Of a stretch of 61,164 nucleotides of DNA, positions 49,473 to 57,886 are shown piece after piece. Each line of letters opens with the position of its first letter. Positions within the stretch are counted from its first letter, which is position 1. A program made the position numbers and the translations under genes. The notes below the pieces were generated by a model that made no database searches, was not told the origin of the DNA, and was given only the letters and a program-made list of their open reading frames with translations. Source of the stretch: a virus (Duplodnaviria > Caudoviricetes); IMG/VR virus record IMGVR_UViG_3300020477_000024, positions 1 through 61,164 of that record. One strand, written 5' to 3'.

Positions 49473-50246
49473 CTATTTCTCCCTCTTTGCATAAAAAACA
49501 TATTTTTCTTCCCCACCTTGCATTTGCCTTTGTCTGCTCACAACAGTGTGTTTATCAAACCTGTCAGTAAGTAATTTAGACTTTTCTTCAAAGGTATCAG
49601 TAGGATAAAAAGAGCAATCATGTAACTCTCCTACAAAAAGACCAATATCATCTGATGTCAATGAAGTCTTTTTAAAAAAATCGTATTCTGCTTCTTGAAT
49701 ATCCAACTTCAAAATATCTATATAATCAATTTCTAAAAAATTCATAATATCTTCTATCTTATACACATCTATACCTTCGTCTTTATGTATATACGGTTCA
49801 TCCATCAGAAGACTTTCTTGATAATATTTCTCAACCTTTGTATCGTAGTAACCCATTGTTTCTCCAACAAACTTGCTAGAAGTTTTGGTATACTCATTTC
49901 TGGTAAAATATTTTGGTTTCTTATCACCATACCAGATTCCACCTTCTATAAAGATTGAATTGTTTTTAGATACTTGTTGTATATTTTCTTTTGCTATTTC
50001 CAGAGAATAAAAATTTGGTTCAATTAAAACCGTCAAGGAATCTGGCCATAAAGATTTTGCCACATAACTAAATGCACCTATATGACTCCCACAATCAAAA
50101 ATCACTTTAGGTATTGAATTTATAATATTTTTATCCCTCAGACCATATTGATCTTCTATAACATTCCTTTGGAAAACATCCATATCATCAGGTTGATTTA
50201 CTTCATGAGCATCCACAAAAAAATCATACCCATCTATTTTTTTCAA
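49473..50246 (-). CDS. FkbM-family methyltransferase
   Basis: IFDCGSHIG.F, IEPN, IDILKLDIQ.AE and GELH motifs; TTG start overlaps the upstream TGA. Confidence 0.75.
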   Translation of the reverse strand: MKKIDGYDFFVDAHEVNQPDDMDVFQRNVIEDQYGLRDKNIINSIPKVIFDCGSHIGAFSYVAKSLWPDSLTVLIEPNFYSLEIAKENIQQVSKNNSIFIEGGIWYGDKKPKYFTRNEYTKTSSKFVGETMGYYDTKVEKYYQESLLMDEPYIHKDEGIDVYKIEDIMNFLEIDYIDILKLDIQEAEYDFFKKTSLTSDDIGLFVGELHDCSFYPTDTFEEKSKLLTDRFDKHTVVSRQRQMQGGEEKYVFYAKREK

Positions 50247-50419
50247 TCATCATCTCCTAACCCATCTAGGATTTTGTCTATTAATTTATCAACAATTTGC
50301 TCAATAAATTCATCACCTTCTTCAAGCAATTTCTCAATCATCTTATCAACTAAATCATCAGTGCTTTCCAAAATCTGTTCCAGCACCCGATTTGCGATTT
50401 CTCTGACTAGACCTTTCAT
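50243..50419 (-). CDS. Small acidic helical protein (58 aa)
   Basis: Hand translation MKGLVREIANRVLEQILESTDDLVDKMIEKLLEE...; GAGGTG RBS. Confidence 0.7.
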   Translation of the reverse strand: MKGLVREIANRVLEQILESTDDLVDKMIEKLLEEGDEFIEQIVDKLIDKILDGLGDDD

Positions 50420-50476
50420 ATTTCACCTCTCTGACCTTATACCTTCTAGGTTTAGGTTTATCCTTAATTTCACGAC

Positions 50477-50501
50477 AAAAAATGGGGTATAACCACCCCA
50501 T
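50477..50501 (-). terminator. Intrinsic terminator after the HldE kinase gene
   Basis: ATGGGGT-ggttat-ACCCCAT followed by TTTTT on the minus strand. Confidence 0.65.
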
Positions 50502-50533
50502 ATATTTAGTTGACCCTATAATGTTACTTATTC

Positions 50534-51487
50534 TCATAATAGTGTATCAAACTCTACAATCTCTCCATATTTAACTCGACCACAACCAAGTTGTTCGACT
50601 GAAAGACCAGCTGCTTTATTGGCATAATGAACAGACTTCCTCAAATCATTTTCCATTATCAAACTCATTGCAATGGTAGATACCACTATATCACCAGCAC
50701 CTGTAACATCAATGATTTGTCTTTTATCTGCACCAAAATATATTTGACCATTGTTAATCAACGTCATTCCTTTATCACCATCAGTTACTACATAATTCTC
50801 ACACTTTATTCTAGTATTAACTTCGGCAATCATACTATAAGTATCAGCATCAATATCATTATATTCGACAAAACGTTTTCCTAATTTGTAATACAATGCA
50901 CCCTTTAATTCTCTCATATTTGGTTTGAAAATTGTTGCCTTTTCATATTCCCAAAAATTATCAAATTTGGGATCAACTATAGTCGTGATGTCATTCTCAT
51001 TACAATATTCAATAATCAAACGTATAGTTTGTGGATTCAATGCCCCTTTATCATAATCGGACATTATTACTATCTCCGAATCTTCTAAAATAGCACCTAC
51101 ATTATGACTAGAAACAACATTATGCTCAATAATTTCCTCACGATCAACACGCAACAACTGCTTATTTTTGTTTAGGTATCGTGTCTTTAATGTTGTTGGA
51201 TGTCCTTCTATCTTATGTATGATATATGGATTTACTCCTGATTGGAAACAGAGAAGTTCTACCTTCTCTGCTTCTGCATCGGTTCCGAGTATACCAACGA
51301 GTTGAACATCAACGGTCTTTTCACCCATATATTTTAGAGCAGATGCTACATTGGCAGCTCCACCCAAACGGTATTCAACCTGATTCTGTTCAAGAATCGG
51401 AATTGGTGCTTCTGGTGATGTTCTAGTTACATCACCATGAACATACTGATCTAATATAATATCACCTATAACAACGACTTTTTTCAT
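50534..51487 (-). CDS. rfaE1: D-glycero-beta-D-manno-heptose-7-phosphate kinase (HldE/RfaE kinase domain, PfkB family)
   Basis: GDIILD.Y..G...R.SPEAPIP, GGAANVA, SDY.KG, VDPK, KPN..E and DVTGAGD motifs. Confidence 0.88.
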   Translation of the reverse strand: MKKVVVIGDIILDQYVHGDVTRTSPEAPIPILEQNQVEYRLGGAANVASALKYMGEKTVDVQLVGILGTDAEAEKVELLCFQSGVNPYIIHKIEGHPTTLKTRYLNKNKQLLRVDREEIIEHNVVSSHNVGAILEDSEIVIMSDYDKGALNPQTIRLIIEYCNENDITTIVDPKFDNFWEYEKATIFKPNMRELKGALYYKLGKRFVEYNDIDADTYSMIAEVNTRIKCENYVVTDGDKGMTLINNGQIYFGADKRQIIDVTGAGDIVVSTIAMSLIMENDLRKSVHYANKAAGLSVEQLGCGRVKYGEIVEFDTLL

Positions 51488-51683
51488 TTTTCTTTAACCA
51501 CCTTGTAACCTCAGTATTTTTCTCAATCCAAGAGATGGCCTCTTGTTTGTTTCCCATTACAGTTACTAATCTATGATCTCCTGTGTTGGCACGAACTGTC
51601 CAAAATTTCTTTTTCCCGTACCCTACACTTTCGTGCCTTAAACAATATAGGGGAACTTCGTCATCTCCAAAAAAGTTCTTCAT
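51462..51683 (-). CDS. Hypothetical protein
   Basis: Likely start MKNFFG at 51683 with AAGGAG RBS. Confidence 0.65.
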   Translation of the reverse strand: MKNFFGDDEVPLYCLRHESVGYGKKKFWTVRANTGDHRLVTVMGNKQEAISWIEKNTEVTRWLKKNEKSRCYR

Positions 51684-51703
51684 TTCTGTTTTGTCTCCTT
51701 TTA

Positions 51704-52342
51704 CTACTCCCGTAGTGCCTTCCAAGAAACTGGAAATTCTTTCGATGCTATAGCATCTATCTGATTGCCAATTTCTTGTGTTTCTAATTGGGCATCTGGT
51801 TTGCACCTGAGATTACAAACCCTAGCAAATGCCATTAACGTTCCCGACCAATACCATTCTGTCATCATACTCTGTGGTAGAAGCATTCGTGCCTGTTCTG
51901 GACAAATGTCTTCGTCAATCATTCTATTGTAGAGATGGGTGATTCTCTCCAATAGATGTGGATATTCTGATGTAAAGATATTTTCAACGTTACTATCAGG
52001 ATCAGAACCTTGCTTCTTATCCTTAACTCGTTGTCTCCATGCATCAGGAATATGATATTCTGGTTCAGAATCTACATATCTTCGTGATACCTCATTCCAA
52101 ACCAAACCTACTTGGTGTTTAACTAACTGCCTTGCAACAAATACTGGAGCAACAATGTGGAACTGTAAAGAACAGTGGCCAAAAGGAGTCCAATGATTGT
52201 GCCTAGCAAGATAGTCAATAAGTCTAGTATCCGCATCCGTAAACTTCTTTTTCTTTTTACCAAAACTAACCCTCGCCGCATTCACAACTGTCAAATCCGT
52301 ACCCATCTTATCAATTAATGTTACTTCCATATGACCTACCAT
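51704..52342 (-). CDS. thyX: Flavin-dependent thymidylate synthase
   Basis: VNAARVSF, H..PF.H, RQL.KH, NEVSRRY, EQAR..LP and AQ.E motifs. Confidence 0.95.
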   Translation of the reverse strand: MVGHMEVTLIDKMGTDLTVVNAARVSFGKKKKKFTDADTRLIDYLARHNHWTPFGHCSLQFHIVAPVFVARQLVKHQVGLVWNEVSRRYVDSEPEYHIPDAWRQRVKDKKQGSDPDSNVENIFTSEYPHLLERITHLYNRMIDEDICPEQARMLLPQSMMTEWYWSGTLMAFARVCNLRCKPDAQLETQEIGNQIDAIASKEFPVSWKALRE

Positions 52343-53094
52343 TTCTGAAAATTATGTTTAAATATGTCCATGTTAAAATCGGGTTTTTCAATCTCCTCAA
52401 ACTTACCTCTGGATATTCGTTTTTGAAAAACTAAATCTGCATCTTTAGGGTTTTTGTTATTCATATACTCAGGATACGATTTTAATATTTTCTTTGCTGT
52501 TTTATTCAACGGATAGATATAACGAAACATCAACCCATTAATCTTATCAATTCCTTTATGCTCACAGAAATCATGAGTCAACCAAAATACCTTTTTCTTA
52601 CCTTCCCACTGTGCATTCTCAATACATAACTGTTTAGCACTACGTGGATGTATTTTTTCTCCACTTTTTCTATCATAGTAAACACTAGTTGAAAAATTAC
52701 CGATATAGTGAAAGTTAGATGCCTGATATACATATCCACATTTACCCATGATACCATCTGCCAGTGTATATAAAAACATAATATCAGTTTCTTTCTTCAA
52801 CCATTTCACCAACAACGAAATTATACGACTACCATAATTAGATTGATTGATTTCTGGTGTAAAACACATCTTACCAATCTCAAAATAATCATCACTAGTC
52901 AATTCATGATTACTAAAAATCTTTCTAATAGTCTGTAATGGTTGTGTTCCCCAACCCAACGTTATAACACCAATCAGTTCACCGTTATCCACTACACCGA
53001 GATATTTCTTAGTCAGTCTAGGAAGTATTTTGCTATAATGATAATTGTGGATAAATGGAACAGCATCACCTTTTTTCAATTCAGTTATAACCAC
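52336..53094 (-). CDS. Mom-like GNAT DNA-modification protein
   Basis: FI...HYS, L.GV.T.G, EI.KM and AD...G..G.VYQA.NF.Y.G motifs. Confidence 0.65.
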   Translation of the reverse strand: MVITELKKGDAVPFIHNYHYSKILPRLTKKYLGVVDNGELIGVITLGWGTQPLQTIRKIFSNHELTSDDYFEIGKMCFTPEINQSNYGSRIISLLVKWLKKETDIMFLYTLADGIMGKCGYVYQASNFHYIGNFSTSVYYDRKSGEKIHPRSAKQLCIENAQWEGKKKVFWLTHDFCEHKGIDKINGLMFRYIYPLNKTAKKILKSYPEYMNNKNPKDADLVFQKRISRGKFEEIEKPDFNMDIFKHNFQKW

Positions 53095-53119
53095 TCAAAG
53101 ACTCCTCATTTTCAAACAT

Positions 53120-53148
53120 ATTATACCACATTTTTAGAAGAAAGTCAA
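53120..53148 (-). promoter_or_regulatory. Sigma70-type promoter (extended -10)
   Basis: TTGACT-17 nt-TATAAT with TGTGG immediately before the -10. Confidence 0.8.
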
Positions 53149-53160
53149 GAAAAAACATTA

Positions 53161-53477
53161 CTATCTCCGTCTATTTCCTGTTTTATTATTCCACCTATCA
53201 ACAACTGCTTCGTATTTCCGTCTTATAGCATCATTTTTTTGCTGTATCAATTTCTGCTTATCTTCTATTTCTAACCTTTTTTCCTCTCTTATTAAAAGAG
53301 TATTTCGTTCAGATTCCGCCCTACGGACGGATTCAACTTTTTTACATATCTATCCCGTTGCCTTTCCAGAAAACGATATTCATCGTACCATCCTTTATCT
53401 GGCATATCTTCTTTGGTACGAATCATGATATTCATTTTTTTAAATATTTTCCGTAGCACTCTAATTTCTTCTCTCAT
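53161..53477 (-). CDS. Hypothetical protein: 61 aa, or about 105 aa via -1 frameshift
   Basis: 0-frame ORF 53292..53477. The -1 frame stays open from A AAA AAG (53337-53343) to TAG at 53161. Confidence 0.6.
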
Positions 53478-53482
53478 ATTAC

Positions 53483-53839
53483 TTACTCCTGTGGATGCTT
53501 ATCTGTCTTAGACCAATAATTTCTTTTATGAATTCTAACACCGTTATGCTTCCTACGAATGATGTGTCTACGAATTCCCCTTCGATTGGGATTATAGGTA
53601 TTTCTACCTATTCTCATTTGTGGATGTCTGTGTCTCATCATCTCCATTTGAAATCTAATACGTTGTCTATTCTTCCAGTTCCAAAGATGTCTTTCCAATC
53701 TTTGCTGTTCCAATAACTGGGATTCTGTAATCACCGTTGACCTAATAACAGTACGTCCTTCTACTAGAAACTCAGGTTTTACCGCACATGAAGACAAAAG
53801 CATCAATAGCATTCCCATTACTAATAGTCTGATTTTCAT
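53483..53839 (-). CDS. Arg-rich predicted lipoprotein
   Basis: Signal peptide with lipobox LSSC. Confidence 0.65.
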   Translation of the reverse strand: MKIRLLVMGMLLMLLSSCAVKPEFLVEGRTVIRSTVITESQLLEQQRLERHLWNWKNRQRIRFQMEMMRHRHPQMRIGRNTYNPNRRGIRRHIIRRKHNGVRIHKRNYWSKTDKHPQE

Positions 53840-54213
53840 TGGTTGACAACTCCTTCTCTTTCCTTTTGTGTTTTGTTAGATTTCTCAGGTGTTTTATTTA
53901 TAGAAATTAGTATTGGATTTTCTTTGAGAGAATCTTTCTTTGCTTGATCGACCTTTTCATCTATTTGATCTTCCCGACACAACAGCATCAATTCCAATCT
54001 CTTATTTTGTTCTTGAGCAATTTTCAACTGATTGGCAAGTAACTGCATATCCTTATTCTTCTCTCGAATTTCATCAGTGAAAATATCGGTCTGTTCCCTG
54101 ATAACAGCATTTTCTCTAAAATCACAACCTGTCAAAAAACTACTGATTACAAACAAACATGCAGTCAGAATAAAAACTAGAAAACACAACCCAACTATTT
54201 TTGATTCAAACAT
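53836..54213 (-). CDS. Membrane-anchored coiled-coil protein / possible lipoprotein
   Basis: N-terminal TM ending LTGC, then coiled coil. Confidence 0.65.
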   Translation of the reverse strand: MFESKIVGLCFLVFILTACLFVISSFLTGCDFRENAVIREQTDIFTDEIREKNKDMQLLANQLKIAQEQNKRLELMLLCREDQIDEKVDQAKKDSLKENPILISINKTPEKSNKTQKEREGVVNQ

Positions 54214-54214
54214 A

Positions 54215-54478
54215 TTACTTTACCCTATATGCGTTTAGATTGCGAACATTGTTAAAACCTTCTGGTAGGCAATATTTGAATTTGGTGTACGGATCAACAT
54301 AAAGTGTTGAACCATCCCTACACTTAATGGGTTCTAAAATTTCTCGTTCTTCCCAAGCATCACCATACGGATCATCGAGATTTTGGATACTAGTTGACCA
54401 AACAACTCTCATATCACTATTGTACTCTGAACAACCACCAATTAACACAACAACCATCATAACAAAAATCAATCTCAT
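54215..54478 (-). CDS. Predicted lipoprotein
   Basis: MRLIFVMMVVVLIGGC lipobox-like signal. Confidence 0.65.
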   Translation of the reverse strand: MRLIFVMMVVVLIGGCSEYNSDMRVVWSTSIQNLDDPYGDAWEEREILEPIKCRDGSTLYVDPYTKFKYCLPEGFNNVRNLNAYRVK

Positions 54479-54482
54479 ATTA

Positions 54483-54716
54483 CTATACCTCTACCAATTC
54501 GACTGTATCGTCTTGAACGTGAACCTCATATTCCATTGACAAATTTGCCAAGTGTAATCTATCATAAGTTTTTTTGAACATGATACCACCACGAATCTGG
54601 TCAACCATTTCCGTAGGTGTAATACTATGATCGGTAATGGCATCTAGTTCAATCAACAAGACCACCTTGTAATTTCTGGTATCTAATCTCACCTTACCAT
54701 CATCATCAAATTTCAT
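54483..54716 (-). CDS. Hypothetical protein
   Basis: 77 aa, tightly packed in the operon. Confidence 0.6.
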   Translation of the reverse strand: MKFDDDGKVRLDTRNYKVVLLIELDAITDHSITPTEMVDQIRGGIMFKKTYDRLHLANLSMEYEVHVQDDTVELVEV

Positions 54717-54718
54717 AT

Positions 54719-54970
54719 TTATTCACTTAATAATTTTGGACTATTATCACCCATCAAGTTATCAATTACTTCTAAATTATCTTCTGCATCTGCAATCTGT
54801 TCAACAAATGCCAAAACTTCAGCAACTAAGTCAGTATGCTCACCGATACCCACAGGTTTATTCAACAAAACTCGTAAATTTGCCCTTGCTTTTAATGCCT
54901 TTGCAGTCTGTTCTGCCCTGACTGCTTCCATCAAATCCATACCATGTTCAGATGCAATTGTCAATTTCAT
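54719..54970 (-). CDS. Conserved phage hypothetical protein
   Basis: Likely start MKLTIA at 54970; N.PVGIGEH.D motif. Confidence 0.7.
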   Translation of the reverse strand: MKLTIASEHGMDLMEAVRAEQTAKALKARANLRVLLNKPVGIGEHTDLVAEVLAFVEQIADAEDNLEVIDNLMGDNSPKLLSE

Positions 54971-54983
54971 ATTTTCATTTCCT

Positions 54984-55439
54984 TTATCCAGTATCTTCTG
55001 GTCGTTTGCCATTGCCATTCCCATTACCGTTTCCATTAGAACCCCCATTTTTGCTTGTATTCAAAGTAAAGTTACGGACATCAAAGAAACTAGACACAGC
55101 ACCACCAACAATGCCAATTAGAACCAAAATGATCCTTTCAAAAAATGCCATTTCTCTTTCAATTGATGTTTGATTGGTGAACCAACCAACAAAAACCAAA
55201 GACCACATAGCAATAATAATAGAAAGAACACCGTAAAAAACGTGTTTTAATAATGCTTGTTGTGCTGAAAGTTTTTCATGAAATGCGAGTTGCTCACTGG
55301 TTTCATTATAACTTGCCTGTGTTTCTATCAGTTGTTTTTCGAGTTGGTCTTCCCTACTACCCAATTCCTCGATTTCTTTCTTGAGTAGTAATATCATCTC
55401 ATGGTCATTTTCCACCTCATTTTCTAATTCATCTGTCAT
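54984..55439 (-). CDS. Coiled-coil plus two-TM membrane protein
   Basis: AAGGAG RBS; two hydrophobic helices; (NG)n tail. Confidence 0.7.
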   Translation of the reverse strand: MTDELENEVENDHEMILLLKKEIEELGSREDQLEKQLIETQASYNETSEQLAFHEKLSAQQALLKHVFYGVLSIIIAMWSLVFVGWFTNQTSIEREMAFFERIILVLIGIVGGAVSSFFDVRNFTLNTSKNGGSNGNGNGNGNGKRPEDTG

Positions 55440-55466
55440 TATTTAATCTCTCCTTTGTTCAACAAT

Positions 55467-56036
55467 TTATTTTCTTCCCCTTCCTTGTCTAAATTCTTTA
55501 ATCATGCGTTCCCTTTCTTCGGGTGTTGCGGATTGAAACGACTCCCATCTCTTCCTAAGATTTTCCCGACTTCTGCCAGTGCGGTTTGAAGTTTGCCTTC
55601 TAGTTCTTCCTTCTCTTTTGCTAACTTGTGATTCTGATCGCACAGTCGTTGAACTTCGGATCGAAGAACGTTTATCTCTTTTATCAGTTCGTGTGAGGAA
55701 TTCAGTTGCTGGTAACTCATAAATATCTCCATTTTCCATAACCACCTTACGAGTAGTAATTTCCTTGACGGTTGTACCATCTATATTATTACCGACTCGT
55801 AATGCATTAATAACATAACGATTTCCGTCTAAACTCATGTATGCCCATGCACTTCCATCGTCATTGACTCTCGTACCTATCAATTTATATTTAGGTTTTT
55901 TATTTGGTTCAGTCCACCCTAATGGACGAAAAAGACTACCCTTTACAATAATTTCATAAAAACTTATATCATCTGTAACCTGTGATGATGCTGTCAGACT
56001 GATTGCCACCATTAGTATCATAATAATATTTTTCAT
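55467..56036 (-). CDS. Secreted or membrane protein, GspC/PilP-like beta domain
   Basis: Signal peptide, FY.IIV...LFRPLGW, Y.LIGT......A, VG..I.G..V.EI....V, and a helical tail SATPEERERM. Confidence 0.55.
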   Translation of the reverse strand: MKNIIMILMVAISLTASSQVTDDISFYEIIVKGSLFRPLGWTEPNKKPKYKLIGTRVNDDGSAWAYMSLDGNRYVINALRVGNNIDGTTVKEITTRKVVMENGDIYELPATEFLTRTDKRDKRSSIRSSTTVRSESQVSKREGRTRRQTSNRTGRSRENLRKRWESFQSATPEERERMIKEFRQGRGRK

Positions 56037-56037
56037 T

Positions 56038-56196
56038 TTAAAATCTCCACAATTCGGTGTTTAACCATGTTTTGAAACGATCCCATTTGGTCTGTTTCTT
56101 GATTACTATATTCTTCTTTTTCTTCTGACGTACCTTTGTTCTGACAGGTGCTTCGGCTGCTCGTTGCTTTAATGATTTTTTTCTCTCGAATTTCAT
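56038..56196 (-). CDS. Small basic protein (52 aa)
   Basis: Hand translation MKFERKKSLKQRAAEAP...WLNTELWRF; fills the gap exactly. Confidence 0.6.
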   Translation of the reverse strand: MKFERKKSLKQRAAEAPVRTKVRQKKKKNIVIKKQTKWDRFKTWLNTELWRF

Positions 56197-56197
56197 T

Positions 56198-56413
56198 CTA
56201 CCACTCCGTATCTGAAAATTCCTTAATGTCTAAATCCTTTGAATTTTGCTCTACCCATTGACCGTAGAAAACCATTGCGATTTTCCACCAATCATCTTTT
56301 AAATCATCTGCGACATTATACCCTGTAAATTTCTGACCCTTTTCAGCAAGTTGATTACAGTAAGTAAATATCTTGTCTTTGAGATATTCGTCTACACTAA
56401 TTTTCGATTTCAC
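56198..56413 (-). CDS. Hypothetical protein
   Basis: Probable GTG start at 56413, overlapping the upstream gene end. Confidence 0.55.
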   Translation of the reverse strand: MKSKISVDEYLKDKIFTYCNQLAEKGQKFTGYNVADDLKDDWWKIAMVFYGQWVEQNSKDLDIKEFSDTEW

Positions 56414-56600
56414 CGTTTGCCCATGCCTTTCTAAGTTTTTCACCATATTCGTAACACTCAACATCTCTACGCAATTTTGTCAGTTCCCGTTCAGCATCTT
56501 CTAACTTTTTTGACTGTTTAATAAGTTTCTTTTCCAACATTTCGATGTAATTCTCTATGCTTTGCAATTCTTTTTTAACCCCATGTGTGCAATTTTTCAT
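56397..56600 (-). CDS. Coiled-coil hypothetical protein
   Basis: 67 aa; ATGA overlap with the upstream gene. Confidence 0.6.
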   Translation of the reverse strand: MKNCTHGVKKELQSIENYIEMLEKKLIKQSKKLEDAERELTKLRRDVECYEYGEKLRKAWANGEIEN

Positions 56601-56920
56601 AATTTTTTCACCTTTATGGTGAAAACTTCACCATCGTAGTCGATGATCGACCCTTTGAGTTTACTATAATCGTCTTCTGAAACAGCAATTGCTAACCCGT
56701 CTACCTTCTTAATTATCTGTAAAACATGATTAATAGGGTTGCTACGGTACTGAATACCCATACCAAAACCAGAATCGTTGACAAAAACCAGCAAATAAAC
56801 CTGAATTAGAATCATATTTTCTTCTAATATTCGGTCTTTTATGACTCTAATTGCCTGTTCTGTAATGGTTAAATCGTATTCTTGGGTAATAAACAGGTCA
56901 TAAACAGGTGCTTTTAACAC
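56597..56920 (-). CDS. IscA/HesB-like fold protein lacking cysteines
   Basis: LTITEQA...IK and DG..I.V..D....LKGS.IDY motifs; no Cys. Confidence 0.5.
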   Translation of the reverse strand: MLKAPVYDLFITQEYDLTITEQAIRVIKDRILEENMILIQVYLLVFVNDSGFGMGIQYRSNPINHVLQIIKKVDGLAIAVSEDDYSKLKGSIIDYDGEVFTIKVKKL

Positions 56921-56922
56921 TA

Positions 56923-57090
56923 TTAGTTATATCGAATTTCATATTCAAGGTTTTCAAAATAAGCATCTTCAGATAAACTTTCCATAATGGTTTCTATCTG
57001 ATCGACATTCTGGTCAAGTAACATCATCATTTCTTCAATGTCTGCTTCTTGAATATCTAAGACATCTTCAAAGTTTATCGTAGAATTCAT
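56923..57090 (-). CDS. Small acidic hypothetical protein
   Basis: Likely start MNSTINF at 57090. Confidence 0.5.
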   Translation of the reverse strand: MNSTINFEDVLDIQEADIEEMMMLLDQNVDQIETIMESLSEDAYFENLEYEIRYN

Positions 57091-57331
57091 CTCTAAATCG
57101 GTCAAGTTTTTGGGCAATTTCTTCGAGTTTGTCAAATTCTTCTTCATTTTTATCATCAATTTCCTTTATAACCTTGTCTAAAACCACTGATAATTCTACA
57201 CAATCATTGACATGTTCAACAAATTCCATGAACCAACGCAACGGTACACCCATCACTTCGGTAACGTACCGATAATTGACCCTTGCATTGGAATCTTTTT
57301 TTGGTTCTACCTCATACGGTTCATCATTCAT
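57068..57331 (-). CDS. Hypothetical protein
   Basis: 87 aa, overlapping the upstream stop. Confidence 0.6.
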   Translation of the reverse strand: MNDEPYEVEPKKDSNARVNYRYVTEVMGVPLRWFMEFVEHVNDCVELSVVLDKVIKEIDDKNEEEFDKLEEIAQKLDRFRDEFYDKL

Positions 57332-57575
57332 CTTTACTATCCGACCACCTAATTGCCTGTTCTAATTTTTTTTCTGCCCATTCTTGATTGACTAATGAAG
57401 CAAATCCCAAGAATGAGACATAGACTGAACCACACACCATACCAACTAAATCCACGACCAGAGATAATATCTGCCACAAGACCAAAAATGCTAACTGTAA
57501 ACCCAACGCAAAAAATAGACAACCCGTAAAGACCCAGAATAACATATCGGCAAGAAACTCTTTTATTTTTTTCAT
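57324..57575 (-). CDS. Membrane protein
   Basis: 83 aa with a long hydrophobic stretch; ATGA overlap. Confidence 0.6.
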   Translation of the reverse strand: MKKIKEFLADMLFWVFTGCLFFALGLQLAFLVLWQILSLVVDLVGMVCGSVYVSFLGFASLVNQEWAEKKLEQAIRWSDSKDE

Positions 57576-57763
57576 TCAGATTGCCCATTTACTTCCTTTT
57601 CAAATTCCTGTTGGAGAATTTTCTCGATTGCATTTGACTTAACTTTTCGATCTACCATTTTACGAGATGACTTTGACCGAAGATATTTTTCGGAACGTTT
57701 CTTATTGCGATACCGAATTGACTTCGGTGTTCTATTATTTAGCATTCTAATGATATTTCCCAT
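57572..57763 (-). CDS. Small basic protein
   Basis: 63 aa; AGGAG RBS. Confidence 0.6.
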   Translation of the reverse strand: MGNIIRMLNNRTPKSIRYRNKKRSEKYLRSKSSRKMVDRKVKSNAIEKILQQEFEKEVNGQSE

Positions 57764-57886
57764 AATATAATTCTCCTAATAATCAGATTGATATGTTATA
57801 GGTGAAGCAGGAATTGGGTTTCCTGCTTCATCAAACCCTGCATCATAAATGTCATGATATTCACCACGTTGCATTTTCTTTTTCTT

